DNA of 64,000 bases. It comes from Marinobacter sp. GTDB taxonomy: Bacteria > Pseudomonadota > Gammaproteobacteria > Pseudomonadales > Oleiphilaceae. The translations under genes and the position numbers were made by a program. The number at the start of each line of letters is the position of its first letter. The stretch's first letter is position 1. Under the pieces are notes generated by a model that searched no databases, was not told the origin of the DNA, and was given only the letters and a program-made list of their open reading frames with translations. Shown one piece after another: positions 1 to 11,473 of the stretch. The stretch is from contig JASBRL010000175.1 in assembly GCA_030149475.1 (NCBI GenBank), forward strand, positions 15,708-79,707, given 5' to 3'.

Positions 1-219
1 AGCAGCGAGCCCCCCCACAGGCAAGGCACGATCAGGCCTGAAGGAGGCCGGATCGCCGCAATTGGGTCTCCCGGGCAGGATCGAATCTGTTACCATATTC
101 GCCTGGCTGAGCCACGACCGGCGAATGGCGGGATATGCAAGCCAACGACCTCGTCGGGTACCGGCGCGGGGCCACAAATCAGAGCGTTACAGTAATTTCA
201 TTTATCCGGGAGGAAAAGC

Positions 220-507
220 GTGACAATTTCCCGTCAGGACATCGAAAAAGTCGCCCTGCTGGCAAGAATCCGGGTCGATGACCAGGAGGTCACGGCACTG
301 GAGCAGGATCTCGGTAATATCCTGGGGCTGGTCGACCAGTTGCAGGCAGCGGATACCGAGGCCACCGAACCCATGGCTCACCCGCTTGATGCCGTGCAAC
401 GCCTGCGCCCCGACGTGGTCAGCGAATCCGACCAGCGCGCAGCGTTCCAGGCGATCGCTCCGGCTACCGAGAACGGTCTGTATCTTGTTCCCCGGGTCAT
501 TGAATAG
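220..507 (+). CDS. gatC: Asp/Glu-tRNA amidotransferase subunit C
   Basis: 95 aa, GTG start after GGAGG; typical GatC sequence ([10 protein letters not shown]...LRPDVV...YLVPRVIE); first gene of gatCAB. Confidence 0.96.
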   Translation: MTISRQDIEKVALLARIRVDDQEVTALEQDLGNILGLVDQLQAADTEATEPMAHPLDAVQRLRPDVVSESDQRAAFQAIAPATENGLYLVPRVIE

Positions 508-624
508 GCCCGTGTCATCGCCCCGGCGATTGATTGATTGGCTCAGACGGGCCGCCACACCGGCACGCTAACATGATCAGACAGGACTTGATCCCTGCCA
601 GGCACACTTTCCAGGAAGCATTTC

Positions 625-2073
625 ATGCACAACAAAACCGTCGCAGAACTGTCCCGCGATCTGGAATCCGGTCAGGTTTCCAGCGTTGAACTGACTCGCC
701 ATTTCCTCGACCGGATTCAGCAGCAGGACAGCCAGTACAACAGCTTCATCACCGTGACCGAAGAGCAGGCCATGGCCGAGGCCGAAGCCGCTGACCAACG
801 CCGGCAGCGCGGGGACGCCACCCCCTGGACCGGCATCCCCTTCGCCCAGAAAGATATTTTCTGCACCCGGGGCGTCCGCACGACCTGTGGGTCAAAGATG
901 CTTGAACCCTTTGTGCCGCCCTATAACGCCACCGTCACTCAGCGCTTTGAGGATGCCGGCGCGGTCAGCCTGGGCAAAACCAACATGGACGAGTTCGCCA
1001 TGGGCTCGTCCACGGAGTCCAGCTACTTCGGCGCCACCACCAATCCGTGGGGCGAGCGGCGGGTTCCCGGGGGCTCCTCCGGCGGTTCGGCCGCCGCTGT
1101 TGCGGCCAGGCTGACGCCGGCGGCGACAGCCACCGATACGGGCGGTTCCATCCGTCAGCCGGCGGCACTGTGCGGCATCACCGGCCTCAAGCCAACCTAT
1201 GGCCGGGTGTCCCGTTACGGCATGGTCGCCTTCGCTTCCAGTCTGGACCAGGGCGGCACCATGGCGCGCACCGCCGAAGACAACGCGCTGATGCTCAATG
1301 TCATGGCGGGGTTCGACCCGCGGGATTCGACCTCGGTGGACCAGCCGGTCCCCGATTACACCGCCGATCTGGCCCAACCGCTCAACGGCCTGCGAATCGG
1401 CCTGCCGAAAGAGTATTTCACCGACCAGCTCAGCCCGGCCATGGCCGATGCCGTGCAGTCTGCAGTGCGGGAATACGAGGCGCTCGGGGCAAGCGTCCGG
1501 GAGATATCCCTGCCCCACGCCAATCTGGCCATCGCCGCCTACTACATCATTGCTCCGGCTGAATGCTCGGCCAACCTGTCGCGTTTTGACGGCGTGCGCT
1601 ACGGATATCGCTGCAAGAATCCCGAAGACCTGCTGGACCTGTACACGCGGACCCGGGCCGAAGGCTTCGGCAGTGAAGTAAAGCGCCGGATCATGATTGG
1701 CACCTACGCGCTGTCGGCGGGTTACTACGACGCCTATTACGCGAAAGCCCAGAAAGTCCGCCGGCTGATCCGCCAGGATTTTATTGACGCGTTTGACGAT
1801 GTGGACGTGATCATGAGCCCGACGACGCCCTCGCCGGCGTTCGTACAGGGTGAAAAGACCAGTGATCCGGTGACCATGTATCTGGAAGACATTTTTACCA
1901 TTTCGACCAACCTGGCGGGACTGCCGGCCATGTCTGTACCGGCTGGCATGATCGACGGCCTGCCCGTGGGGCTGCAGATCATCGGTCGCTATTTTGATGA
2001 AGCGCGCCTGCTGAATGTTGCGCATCAGTTCCAGCAGGCAACGGACTGGCACCTGCGCACCCCCAACGACTGA
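625..2073 (+). CDS. gatA: Asp/Glu-tRNA amidotransferase subunit A
   Basis: Amidase signature [37 protein letters not shown]; [11 protein letters not shown]. Confidence 0.98.
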   Translation: MHNKTVAELSRDLESGQVSSVELTRHFLDRIQQQDSQYNSFITVTEEQAMAEAEAADQRRQRGDATPWTGIPFAQKDIFCTRGVRTTCGSKMLEPFVPPYNATVTQRFEDAGAVSLGKTNMDEFAMGSSTESSYFGATTNPWGERRVPGGSSGGSAAAVAARLTPAATATDTGGSIRQPAALCGITGLKPTYGRVSRYGMVAFASSLDQGGTMARTAEDNALMLNVMAGFDPRDSTSVDQPVPDYTADLAQPLNGLRIGLPKEYFTDQLSPAMADAVQSAVREYEALGASVREISLPHANLAIAAYYIIAPAECSANLSRFDGVRYGYRCKNPEDLLDLYTRTRAEGFGSEVKRRIMIGTYALSAGYYDAYYAKAQKVRRLIRQDFIDAFDDVDVIMSPTTPSPAFVQGEKTSDPVTMYLEDIFTISTNLAGLPAMSVPAGMIDGLPVGLQIIGRYFDEARLLNVAHQFQQATDWHLRTPND

Positions 2074-2136
2074 ATCTCATAACCGGATTGATGGGGAGCC
2101 GGACAACGGGCCGGCTTCCACCAGAGGAGACACTGC

Positions 2137-3585
2137 ATGCAATGGGACGTTGTGATCGGGCTCGAAATTCATGTTCAGCTCGCCACCCAGACCAAGATAT
2201 TCTCGGGCAGCAGTACCGCCTACGGCGCCGAGCCAAATACCCAGGCCAGCGCGGTTGATCTGGCGATGCCTGGTACTCTGCCGGTGGCCAACGAGGCAGC
2301 CTTTCGATATGCCGTGATGCTGGGACTGGCCATTGAGGCGGACATCAGCCGACGCTCGGTTTTCGAGCGCAAAAACTATTTCTACCCGGATCTTCCCAAA
2401 GGCTATCAGACCACCCAACTGGCTCAACCTATCGTCGGCCCCGGCCACGTGGATATTGAACTGGCAGACGGGCGCCAGAAACGGATCCGCATCCACCATG
2501 CGCACCTGGAAGAAGACGCTGGCAAGTCCCTGCACGAGGACTTCCATGGCATGTCGGGTATTGACCTGAATCGGGCAGGCACACCACTGATCGAAATCGT
2601 CACCGAACCGGACATGCGCAGCGCAGACGAAGCGGTCGCCTTTGCCCGCAAGCTCCACGGCATTGTAACGTCGATTGGTATCTGCGACGGCAATATGTCA
2701 CAGGGATCCATGCGGTTTGACGTCAACGTATCCATCCGCCCGAAGGGCGAGGACAAACTTGGCACCCGCACGGAAACCAAGAACCTCAACTCGTTCCGCT
2801 TTATGGAGCAGGCCATACATCAGGAAGTCGAACGGCAGATTGACGTGCTGACCGACGGCGGCGCCATCGTCCAGGAAACCCGGCTCTACGATGGCGATAC
2901 CCAGCAGTCCCGCTCCATGCGTACCAAGGAGGAAGCCAACGATTACCGCTACTTCCCCTGCCCTGACCTGCTCCCCGTGGTGATCGACGACGCGTTCATA
3001 GCGCACGCGCGACAGCACCTGCCGGAACTGCCCGATGCCCGCAAAGCGCGCTTCATGACAGCATACGGCCTGACCGATTATGACGCCGGTCTGTTGAGCA
3101 GCGGCGCCGCGATGGCCCAGCTGTTCGAGGACACGGTAAAGCACGGGAAAGACCCCAAACTGGCCGCGAACTGGCTGCTGGGAGAACTCAGCGCCCGCCT
3201 GAACAGCGAGGACCGGGAACCGGCCAACTGTCCGGTCACCGGCGCCCAGCTGGGCGCGCTGATCCTGCGCATCAGTGACGGTACCCTGTCCTCGAGCGGC
3301 GCCAAGAAGGTCTTCGAGGGACTCTGGGACGGTGAGGCAACCGATGTGGATTCGCTGATTGAGGCGCGTGGACTGCGCCAGGTCTCTGACACCGCGGCGC
3401 TGGAGCAGATTGTCGACACAGTGCTGGCGGACATGGGTGAGCAGATCGCCCAGTACCAGCAGGCCGACGACAAAAAGCGCAAGAAACTACTGGGCGGTTT
3501 CATGGGACCATTGATGAAAGCGTCCGGGGGCCAGGGCAACCCGAAACTGTTCAATGAGATTCTCCGGCGCAAACTGGACCGGTAA
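2137..3585 (+). CDS. gatB: Asp/Glu-tRNA amidotransferase subunit B
   Basis: [43 protein letters not shown] motifs. Confidence 0.98.
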   Translation: MQWDVVIGLEIHVQLATQTKIFSGSSTAYGAEPNTQASAVDLAMPGTLPVANEAAFRYAVMLGLAIEADISRRSVFERKNYFYPDLPKGYQTTQLAQPIVGPGHVDIELADGRQKRIRIHHAHLEEDAGKSLHEDFHGMSGIDLNRAGTPLIEIVTEPDMRSADEAVAFARKLHGIVTSIGICDGNMSQGSMRFDVNVSIRPKGEDKLGTRTETKNLNSFRFMEQAIHQEVERQIDVLTDGGAIVQETRLYDGDTQQSRSMRTKEEANDYRYFPCPDLLPVVIDDAFIAHARQHLPELPDARKARFMTAYGLTDYDAGLLSSGAAMAQLFEDTVKHGKDPKLAANWLLGELSARLNSEDREPANCPVTGAQLGALILRISDGTLSSSGAKKVFEGLWDGEATDVDSLIEARGLRQVSDTAALEQIVDTVLADMGEQIAQYQQADDKKRKKLLGGFMGPLMKASGGQGNPKLFNEILRRKLDR

Positions 3586-3907
3586 GCACGCCCGGAGCCG
3601 GCCACTGGCCGACGCGACGGTAACTACGACACGTCCGGTTGCTGATCATTTAACAAGCAGCTAAACTTTCAGCTCTTCACGGCTTATTGGGCAATAAAGG
3701 ACGCGTTGATCAAATCATCAATCAGCCAGGCAAACAAAGGCTCGACCGACTCAGCCGCAAATAACAGAAGAGTTCTGTATGGGTAACGAATTGTCCGGAC
3801 AGACGGCACACAGCAAAAGCAAACCTGATACCGAAACCGGGCGAAAGCGCTCGCAAGCGTCCCTGTCAGTTCTGAAACAGCCAGCCCTTCGCACCAGGCG
3901 GGTAAAG

Positions 3908-4312
3908 ATGAAGTCACCGTCAAGCGCCAGGCCCAACCTGAGAAACCAACAACGCGTGGATGCCTTACTGGCCATTACAGTACAGCATGACAACGGCGAT
4001 AGTGTGGAATGCCAGACCACCAATCTGTCTCGCGCCGGCATGATGATCACCTGCTCCGGAGACATCGTGAACAGGCTCGCCCCGGGTAAACGGTCACCGG
4101 CTGCCGGTGAAGGCATTCCCGTAACGACCCGGTTCTGCCTGCCGGTCATCGCATCACAGACCGTAGCCGTGAGTGCTCAGTGTCAGATTGTCAACATTCG
4201 GCGCATCGCCCGCGACACCTTCCACGTTGGCGTTCAGTTCTGTGATTTTGACGGAAACGGACGTCAATACGTCGATCAATACGTTAGCCGACAACTCAAC
4301 CCAGCCGGGTAG
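3908..4312 (+). CDS. Stand-alone PilZ-domain protein (putative c-di-GMP receptor)
   Basis: RxxxR (RNQQR) and (D/N)xSxxG (NLSRAG) motifs, C-terminal VGVQF strand; start at ATG 3908 is a guess, the ORF is open from 3779. Confidence 0.8.
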   Translation: MKSPSSARPNLRNQQRVDALLAITVQHDNGDSVECQTTNLSRAGMMITCSGDIVNRLAPGKRSPAAGEGIPVTTRFCLPVIASQTVAVSAQCQIVNIRRIARDTFHVGVQFCDFDGNGRQYVDQYVSRQLNPAG

Positions 4313-4654
4313 ACAGCCCAGCCATGCCATGCCCCGCGCTGAGAAGGCGGTCGGCATCCGGCATATTCTTATAGCGTCAAACTCTAGCACCAACACTTCT
4401 TATGCCATTCCCCCCTCTGTTATCATAAGGATCGATCATAAGGGCCACCTGTCTCTGGTCGCGAGCGTTCGATCACTCAGACCCTTACAAGGGGAAACCC
4501 CGGGCGCCGAATGCCGATCCTCTCGGCCTGTCGTTTCGAACAGAGCCACACGGGCAGTCGGTTGAAGCAGTGCCAGACCGCAACCAGCCGGTTTCCTCTC
4601 AGGCCTTTATTCAAGCCATTACACGCGCCCACCGCGCAGCGGTAACAGGATACG

Positions 4655-5563
4655 ATGACTCACTATAACCTGACGCATCTCAAACAGCTGGAAGCTGAAA
4701 GCATCCATATCATCCGGGAGGTCGCTGCCGAGTTTGACAATCCGGTCATGATGTACTCCATCGGCAAAGACTCGTCGGTGATGTTGCACCTGGCCCGGAA
4801 GGCCTTTTATCCGGGCCGCATTCCATTTCCTCTGTTGCACGTGGACACCACCTGGAAATTCCGGGAAATGATCGAATTCCGCGACCGCCAGGCCAGGAAA
4901 TTTGATCTGGATCTGATTGTCCACACCAATCAGGAGGGCGTGGAACAGGGTGTCGGGCCGTTCACGCACGGCAGCGCCAAACACACCGACATCATGAAAA
5001 CCCAGGCGTTGAAACAGGCCCTGAACAAATACCGGTTTGACGCAGCGTTCGGCGGCGCCCGCCGTGATGAGGAAAAATCCCGGGCCAAGGAACGGGTCTA
5101 CTCGTTCCGTGACGAGTACCACCGCTGGGATCCCAAAAACCAGCGCCCGGAGCTCTGGAACACCTACAACGGCAAGATCAACAAGGGCGAAAGCATTCGC
5201 GTTTTCCCGCTTTCCAACTGGACCGAACTGGATATCTGGCAGTACATCTATCTGGAAAACATTGAGCTGGTCCCGCTTTATTACGCCGCCGAACGGCCGG
5301 TTGTAGAACGGGACGGCACGCTGATCATGGTGGACGATGATCGCATGCCGTTGAAAGAGGGCGAAAAGCCGATGATGAAGTCGGTGCGTTTCCGCACACT
5401 GGGCTGTTATCCGCTGACCGGCGCCATTGAATCCAGGGCCGACACGCTGACCGACATCATTCAGGAGATGCTGCTGGCCAAGAGCTCAGAGCGCGAAGGC
5501 CGGGTTATTGACCATGACTCTGCCGGCTCCATGGAACAGAAAAAACGCGAAGGCTACTTCTGA
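4655..5563 (+). CDS. cysD: Sulfate adenylyltransferase subunit 2
   Basis: [54 protein letters not shown]. Confidence 0.98.
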   Translation: MTHYNLTHLKQLEAESIHIIREVAAEFDNPVMMYSIGKDSSVMLHLARKAFYPGRIPFPLLHVDTTWKFREMIEFRDRQARKFDLDLIVHTNQEGVEQGVGPFTHGSAKHTDIMKTQALKQALNKYRFDAAFGGARRDEEKSRAKERVYSFRDEYHRWDPKNQRPELWNTYNGKINKGESIRVFPLSNWTELDIWQYIYLENIELVPLYYAAERPVVERDGTLIMVDDDRMPLKEGEKPMMKSVRFRTLGCYPLTGAIESRADTLTDIIQEMLLAKSSEREGRVIDHDSAGSMEQKKREGYF

Positions 5564-5669
5564 GCCGGTTCCGGACCCGGTCCGGTTCAGACCCTGAGCA
5601 ACCCCTTTTACGATTTGCGACCGACAACGCCCGAACAGCTCGCTGCCGGTCACCGGGATAGGTTAAACC

Positions 5670-7331
5670 ATGTCACATCAATCAGATCTGATCGCCGACG
5701 ATATTCAGGCTTACCTGAAACAACACGAAGACAAGGAACTGTTGCGCCTGCTGACCTGCGGCAGCGTTGATGACGGTAAAAGCACACTGATCGGCCGCTT
5801 GCTGCATGACACCAAGATGATCTACGAAGATCACATGGCCAGCCTCAAGGCAGACAGCGCCAAGCTGGGCACGACCGGTGAAAAACTTGATCTGGCGTTG
5901 CTGGTTGACGGGCTGCAGGCGGAACGGGAACAGGGCATCACAATTGATGTTGCCTACCGCTATTTCTCCACCGACAAGCGCAAGTTCATTATTGCCGACA
6001 CACCCGGGCATGAGCAGTACACCCGCAACATGGCCACCGGCGCCTCGACCGCGCAGCTTGCCATCATGATGATCGATGCCCGTCACGGCGTATTGACCCA
6101 GACCCGGCGCCACTCATTCATCGCCTCCCTGCTGGGCATTCGTCACATTGTTGTCGCCATCAACAAAATGGACCTGGTGGATTTCAGCGAGCAGCGCTTT
6201 GAGGACATCAAACAGGATTACCTGGCCTTTGCGGACAAACTGGGCCTGAAGGATGTGCGGTTCGTTCCTATTTCCGCGCTCGAAGGCGACAATGTCGTTT
6301 CCCGCAGCGAAAACACGCCCTGGTTCAGCGGCCAGCCGATGATGGAAATCTTGGAAACGGTGGAAGTGGGCCGGGACAAGAACCTTGAACACTTCCGCCT
6401 GCCCGTTCAGTACGTGAACCGTCCCAACCTCAATTTCCGCGGTTTTTGCGGCACCATTGCCTCCGGTGTTATCCGTCCCGGCGATACTGTGATGGCGTTA
6501 CCATCGCGTCGCACCAGTACCGTCAAGGAAGTTGTCACCTTTGATGGCAATCTGGACGAAGCCTACATTGACCAGGCAGTGACCCTGACCCTGAACGACG
6601 AAATCGACGTCAGCCGGGGTGACATGCTGGTCAAGCCGGAGGACGAACCTCATGTCAGCAACCGGTTCAACGCAAATATTGTCTGGATGACAGACAAGGC
6701 GCTGGAGACCGGACGTCTTTACGATATCAAGCTCGGCCCGACCTTCACCTCCGGCTCCGTTCGCCAGATCGCCTACCGGACAGACGTCAACACGCTGGAG
6801 CAACAGACCGGGATTAATGCCCTGGCACTCAACGAAATCGGGCTGTGCGAACTCACGCTCAGTCAGCCAGTGGCGTTCGATCCCTACCCCCGGAATCGCG
6901 CGACCGGCGGCTTTATTGTGATCGACCGGCTCACCAACGTGACCGTGGGCGCCGGCATGATCAGCGGCCTTGCCAGCAGCGGCAGCCGGGCCTTTGAACC
7001 GGTCAGCGCCGACGAGCGCGCCCGCCGCCTCGCGCAGAAACCGTTGATTATCGGCTGCAATGGCAGGCAGGCACCGAACCTGGCCCTGGCGCTGGAACGG
7101 GAGCTGTTCGATCTGGGCAAAACACCCGTTATCGTCTCCGAAGATACCGTTGGCGGCGCTGAGGATCGCCGGCGCACGGCGCAATTGCTGATGGCGCATG
7201 GTCTGATTGCACTGGTCGTGGATCTGGGTTCCGATATCGCCACTGCCTACGCCGACACAGATGACGAGTCTGACGTGGCTGCGGTAGCTCATAAGCTGAT
7301 TCAGAACCTGATTCGCGACAAGCGACTTTAA
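5670..7331 (+). CDS. cysN: Sulfate adenylyltransferase subunit 1 (GTPase) with a degenerate C-terminal APS-kinase-like tail
   Basis: [45 protein letters not shown]; about 120 extra C-terminal residues. Confidence 0.96.
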   Translation: MSHQSDLIADDIQAYLKQHEDKELLRLLTCGSVDDGKSTLIGRLLHDTKMIYEDHMASLKADSAKLGTTGEKLDLALLVDGLQAEREQGITIDVAYRYFSTDKRKFIIADTPGHEQYTRNMATGASTAQLAIMMIDARHGVLTQTRRHSFIASLLGIRHIVVAINKMDLVDFSEQRFEDIKQDYLAFADKLGLKDVRFVPISALEGDNVVSRSENTPWFSGQPMMEILETVEVGRDKNLEHFRLPVQYVNRPNLNFRGFCGTIASGVIRPGDTVMALPSRRTSTVKEVVTFDGNLDEAYIDQAVTLTLNDEIDVSRGDMLVKPEDEPHVSNRFNANIVWMTDKALETGRLYDIKLGPTFTSGSVRQIAYRTDVNTLEQQTGINALALNEIGLCELTLSQPVAFDPYPRNRATGGFIVIDRLTNVTVGAGMISGLASSGSRAFEPVSADERARRLAQKPLIIGCNGRQAPNLALALERELFDLGKTPVIVSEDTVGGAEDRRRTAQLLMAHGLIALVVDLGSDIATAYADTDDESDVAAVAHKLIQNLIRDKRL

Positions 7332-7335
7332 ATTT

Positions 7336-8352
7336 ATGTCTATCAAACACCTGAGAACCGTTTTTGCCAGTCAATTGCAGCCAGGGCAGCCAGCTGTCAC
7401 CCGGCCGGGAACCGTGCTGGACGAGCCCGGAGGGGATTACGAAGCGCTTCACAAACAGATGAAGCGGCTGTTCAACAGCAAGCCGGGGAAAAAATACGGC
7501 CGTTTCTCCGACGACATCGGTGAGTGTCCGTTCAGCGCCTGGCTGAAGGACTACCTGGCACAGAAGCAATCCTTCGAGTCGCTGACCAACCGCCTGTTCG
7601 GTCAGTGGCAGGAACTGCTGAACAGCAGCCAGGACGAACACCAGGGCCACCTCATGCTGGTCCATGAAGCACTGGCCGACAGCGATGTTGTGTACCTGTT
7701 GATTGTCGAGAGCGACAGCGCCCTGCAATTTGACGCCAGCCAGAGCCTGGACGCCACCGACGTGCTCAGCCTGTCTCGCCTGAATCTGGCGCTGCGTGTC
7801 GAACTGGATGACTGGCAGGAGGACACCGGTCGCAACACTTATCTGACGCTGGTGCATGCCCGCGGCACCGGCGAGACCGGTGACCTGTTCCTTCGCCTGG
7901 TCGGGTTCACCAACCAGGTGGATGTAGAGAAAGAGACCGCCACCTTTCTGGATGCCGTGGAGGCGTTCGCACGCCAGGCCGATGCACCGGATGAGGCCGG
8001 CAAAGTACGCGCCCGGGCCTACGAGTTCTGCAAGGAGCAGCACGCCCTTGGGGAGCCCGTGGAGGTGTCGGCACTTTCAGGCTATCTGGATGAAGATCAG
8101 CCCGAGCGCTTTCGCCAGTTTGTGTCCCGGGATCAGGAAATCCCCGAGGACGCCGTGCTTCATCCGGACCACCGGAAAGTGAAAAAACTGGTGCGCATTG
8201 CCGGCTCCGGTGGTGGTATGAGTGTTTCGTTCTCCTCGGATCTGGTAAATCAGGCGATTTACTACGACCGGGAACAGGATGCACTGACCATCACTCGCCT
8301 GCCCAAAGCCCTGCGGGAACAGTTGCAGCGATACCTCGAAGACCGCCAGTGA
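7336..8352 (+). CDS. yejK: Nucleoid-associated protein, YejK/NdpA family
   Basis: 338 aa; FNSKPGKKYGRF, LNLALRVELDDW and the C-terminal GGGMSVSFSSDL...LTITRLPKALREQL resemble YejK. Confidence 0.8.
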   Translation: MSIKHLRTVFASQLQPGQPAVTRPGTVLDEPGGDYEALHKQMKRLFNSKPGKKYGRFSDDIGECPFSAWLKDYLAQKQSFESLTNRLFGQWQELLNSSQDEHQGHLMLVHEALADSDVVYLLIVESDSALQFDASQSLDATDVLSLSRLNLALRVELDDWQEDTGRNTYLTLVHARGTGETGDLFLRLVGFTNQVDVEKETATFLDAVEAFARQADAPDEAGKVRARAYEFCKEQHALGEPVEVSALSGYLDEDQPERFRQFVSRDQEIPEDAVLHPDHRKVKKLVRIAGSGGGMSVSFSSDLVNQAIYYDREQDALTITRLPKALREQLQRYLEDRQ

Positions 8353-8512
8353 CTTGCCGCGTCCGGACTCATGCCATTGGCAGTGCCCGGACCCCGCAGT
8401 GATTCCCGCACCCCTCTGGTTGCAGATTGATCAAATCGCTATACTGTGCAGTCCCTTTGAAGACGCGTTGTCGATCCGGCCGCGCGGACATCCTCCGACG
8501 TAATAGAGACTC

Positions 8513-9859
8513 ATGGCCAAGAAGCTGTTTATCAAGACCCATGGCTGCCAGATGAACGAGTACGACTCCTCGCGCATGGCGGACCTGCTACAGACCGGTG
8601 AAGCGGTGGAGATGACCGACTCCGCCGACGATGCGGACATTCTGTTGCTCAACACCTGCTCCATCCGGGAAAAGGCCCAGGAGAAGGTGTTTCATCAACT
8701 GGGACGATGGAAGCGTCTGAAAGCCAATAAGCCGGAACTGATCATTGGCGTGGGTGGCTGCGTCGCCAGCCAGGAAGGCCAGGCCATTATCGACCGGGCC
8801 CCCTACGTCGACATGGTGTTTGGTCCCCAGACCCTGCATCGGCTCCCCGAGATGATCACACAGGTCCGCTCAAAAAGCGGCGGCGTGGGCGTGGTGGACG
8901 TCAGCTTCCCCGAGATCGAAAAATTCGACAACCTGCCCTCGCCCGGTGCGGACGGTCCGTCCGCGTTTGTATCGATCATGGAAGGCTGCAGCAAATACTG
9001 CACCTTCTGCGTTGTGCCCTACACCCGTGGCGAGGAAGTCAGCCGACCGGTTGACGATGTGATCGCCGAAGTCGCTCACCTGGCGGACCAGGGCGTTCGC
9101 GAGGTGAATCTGCTGGGCCAGAACGTCAATGCCTATCGCGGCGAAACCCACGACGGCGACACCATGGACATGGCCGAGCTGGTGGCACTGATTGCCAGCA
9201 TCGACGGCATCGACCGCATCCGCTACACCACCTCGCACCCGGTGGAGTTCTCCGATTCACTGATCGAAGCTTACGAGCAGGTACCGGAACTGGTCAGTCA
9301 TCTGCACCTGCCCGTGCAAAGTGGCTCGGACCGCATTCTGGCGATGATGAAACGGGGTCATACCGCGCTTGAGTACAAATCCAAGTTACGCCGGTTACGG
9401 AAAATCCGTCCGGACATCAGTTTCTCGTCGGATTTCATCATTGGTTTTCCGGGGGAAACCGACCGGGATTTCGAGGACACCATGAAACTCATTAACGACA
9501 TCGGCTTCGATGTCTCGTTCAGTTTCATATACAGTGCCCGACCCGGTACACCGGCGGCGGATCTGCCGGACGACACCCCGTTGGCGGTGAAAAAGCAGCG
9601 CCTGAGTATCCTGCAGGACCGCATCAACCAGCAGGCTTTTGAGATCAGCCGTCGCATGGTGGGATCGACCCAGCGCATTCTGGTCACCGGACTGTCGAAG
9701 AAAGATCCCGGCGAATATTCCGGTCGCACCGAGAACAACCGAATAGTGAATTTTCGCCACGAGGATCCTGAGGTCGTGGGTTACTTTATCGACGTTGAAA
9801 TCCGGGAAGCCCTACCGAATTCATTGCGCGGCGTGCCGATCGATAATCATTTGTACTGA
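8513..9859 (+). CDS. miaB: tRNA-2-methylthio-N6-dimethylallyladenosine synthase
   Basis: [19 protein letters not shown], radical-SAM CSKYCTFC, C-terminal TRAM region. Confidence 0.98.
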   Translation: MAKKLFIKTHGCQMNEYDSSRMADLLQTGEAVEMTDSADDADILLLNTCSIREKAQEKVFHQLGRWKRLKANKPELIIGVGGCVASQEGQAIIDRAPYVDMVFGPQTLHRLPEMITQVRSKSGGVGVVDVSFPEIEKFDNLPSPGADGPSAFVSIMEGCSKYCTFCVVPYTRGEEVSRPVDDVIAEVAHLADQGVREVNLLGQNVNAYRGETHDGDTMDMAELVALIASIDGIDRIRYTTSHPVEFSDSLIEAYEQVPELVSHLHLPVQSGSDRILAMMKRGHTALEYKSKLRRLRKIRPDISFSSDFIIGFPGETDRDFEDTMKLINDIGFDVSFSFIYSARPGTPAADLPDDTPLAVKKQRLSILQDRINQQAFEISRRMVGSTQRILVTGLSKKDPGEYSGRTENNRIVNFRHEDPEVVGYFIDVEIREALPNSLRGVPIDNHLY

Positions 9860-10019
9860 CAGGCGACAGAGTCAGCGGACAGGTCTTTGCGGCCACGCTT
9901 GTTTTTCGTTCGTCCGAACCCACATAACTCAGTATGCCGTCTATCTGCCCGAGCCCGGCGGCCCTGCTCAGAATAACCGGCGTGCCGAAATCGGACGCTA
10001 CCATGGCAAAGAGGATTAT

Positions 10020-11003
10020 TTGAAAACCAACGACGCCAGAGAATTTGATCTGCATCCCGCGGACCAGCGCCGGCTTACCAGCCTGTGTGGCCAATTTGAC
10101 GAGCACCTCAAGCACATTGAGCGCCGCATGGACGTGCGCATCGGCCGTCGCGGACACCACTTCCGGGTAGAGGGCGAAACCGAGCATGTGGCTGCGGCGG
10201 TGGAGGTGTTGCGTCACCTTTACCGGGAAACCGAAGCCACCGATGACATTACGCCGGATACGGTCCACCTGTTCATCCGCGAGTCCGGGTTTGAACGCCT
10301 GCCGGAAGAGGTTCCGTTCGACGGTAGCCTGATGGTGGTGAAAACGCCGAAACTGCAGGCCAAGCCGCGCGGGGCCAATCAGCAACGCTATGTCCACAGT
10401 ATTCGCAGCCATGACCTGAACTTCGGCATTGGCCCGGCCGGTACCGGCAAGACCTGGCTGGCGGTTGCCTGCGCCGTGGAAGCCCTCAAGGACGAGCAGG
10501 TCAAGCGCATTCTGCTGGTGAGACCGGCGGTGGAAGCCGGAGAAAAACTCGGCTTCCTGCCCGGCGACCTCGCCCAGAAAGTCGATCCATACCTGCGTCC
10601 ACTCTATGACGCGCTCTACGAAATGCTCGGCTTCGACCAGGTAACGCGGCTTATCGAGAAGAGTGTGATTGAAATTGCACCGCTGGCGTTCATGCGTGGA
10701 CGGACGCTCAATAACGCATTCATCATTCTCGATGAAAGCCAGAACACCACCCGGGAGCAGATGAAAATGTTCCTGACCCGCATCGGTTTTGGCTCCACTG
10801 CGGTTATCACCGGCGACACCACCCAGGTCGACCTGCCCCGCGGTCAGAACTCCGGCCTGATCCACGCGGCCGCGGTGCTGAGCAAGGTTTCCGGTGTCGG
10901 CTTTACCCGCTTCGAAGCCCGGGATGTGGTCCGTCATCCTCTGGTTCAGCGCATTGTGGAGGCCTATGATGCCTTCGACGCCGGGGACCGTCAGCAACAA
11001 TGA
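10020..11003 (+). CDS. ybeZ: PhoH-like ATPase
   Basis: GPAGTGKT P-loop, RPAVEAGEKLGFLPGD, APLAFMRGRT, LDESQN; TTG start at 10020 after GAGGA. Confidence 0.95.
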   Translation: MKTNDAREFDLHPADQRRLTSLCGQFDEHLKHIERRMDVRIGRRGHHFRVEGETEHVAAAVEVLRHLYRETEATDDITPDTVHLFIRESGFERLPEEVPFDGSLMVVKTPKLQAKPRGANQQRYVHSIRSHDLNFGIGPAGTGKTWLAVACAVEALKDEQVKRILLVRPAVEAGEKLGFLPGDLAQKVDPYLRPLYDALYEMLGFDQVTRLIEKSVIEIAPLAFMRGRTLNNAFIILDESQNTTREQMKMFLTRIGFGSTAVITGDTTQVDLPRGQNSGLIHAAAVLSKVSGVGFTRFEARDVVRHPLVQRIVEAYDAFDAGDRQQQ

Positions 11004-11473
11004 GTGAGCTCATCGTTGACATACAGCGCGTCGTCGCGGGCGCGGACATTCCCGGAGACGAACAGCTTCAGTCATGGGCAGCTATGGCCTGGCGTCAGGA
11101 TTACGACTCCGAGGTGACGTTGCGACTGGTCGATAGCGATGAGAGTGCGGAACTGAACACTGAGTATCGCCATAAAAGCGGACCAACCAACGTGCTTTCC
11201 TTCCCATTTGAGGCGCCAGCCGGTATAACGGTTCCGTTGGCCGGAGATCTGGTCATCTGTGTGCCGGTGGTTGAACGGGAAGCCCGGGAGCAGGACAAAG
11301 CGCTGCACGCACACTGGGCGCACATGGTGATCCATGGCATGCTTCACCTGCAGGGCTACGATCACCTCAACGACGCCGATGCAGACGTTATGGAGACGCT
11401 GGAGATCCAACTCCTCGCAGGGCTTGGCTTTGGCAATCCATACGCAACAGAGGATATGGAACAGGACTCATGA
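11000..11473 (+). CDS. ybeY: rRNA maturation endoribonuclease
   Basis: PTNVLSFP and HGMLHLQGYDH metal-binding motif; ATGA overlap with ybeZ. Confidence 0.96.
   Translation: MSELIVDIQRVVAGADIPGDEQLQSWAAMAWRQDYDSEVTLRLVDSDESAELNTEYRHKSGPTNVLSFPFEAPAGITVPLAGDLVICVPVVEREAREQDKALHAHWAHMVIHGMLHLQGYDHLNDADADVMETLEIQLLAGLGFGNPYATEDMEQDS

Noticed and set aside
572-596. CATGATCAGACAGGACTTGATCC, partly like the MITE end
   Set aside because: Only about 9 nt match; compatible with chance
892-2052. Long antisense ORFs (this 386-aa one; also 9786-11000, 14698-15927, 25874-26953, 61465-62565)
   Set aside because: They lie opposite well-supported genes and have no recognisable motifs; expected shadows of GC-rich codon usage
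3706-3721. TTGAT...ATCAA as an FNR/Anr box
   Set aside because: Spacer is 6 nt rather than the required 4
9795-10019. N-terminal extensions in the ORF track (ybeZ here; also lptE, both acyl-CoA dehydrogenases, purA, hisZ, hflK, hfq, psd, epmB)
   Set aside because: Family-like sequence and RBS point to downstream starts; the extensions are open intergenic or overlapping frames
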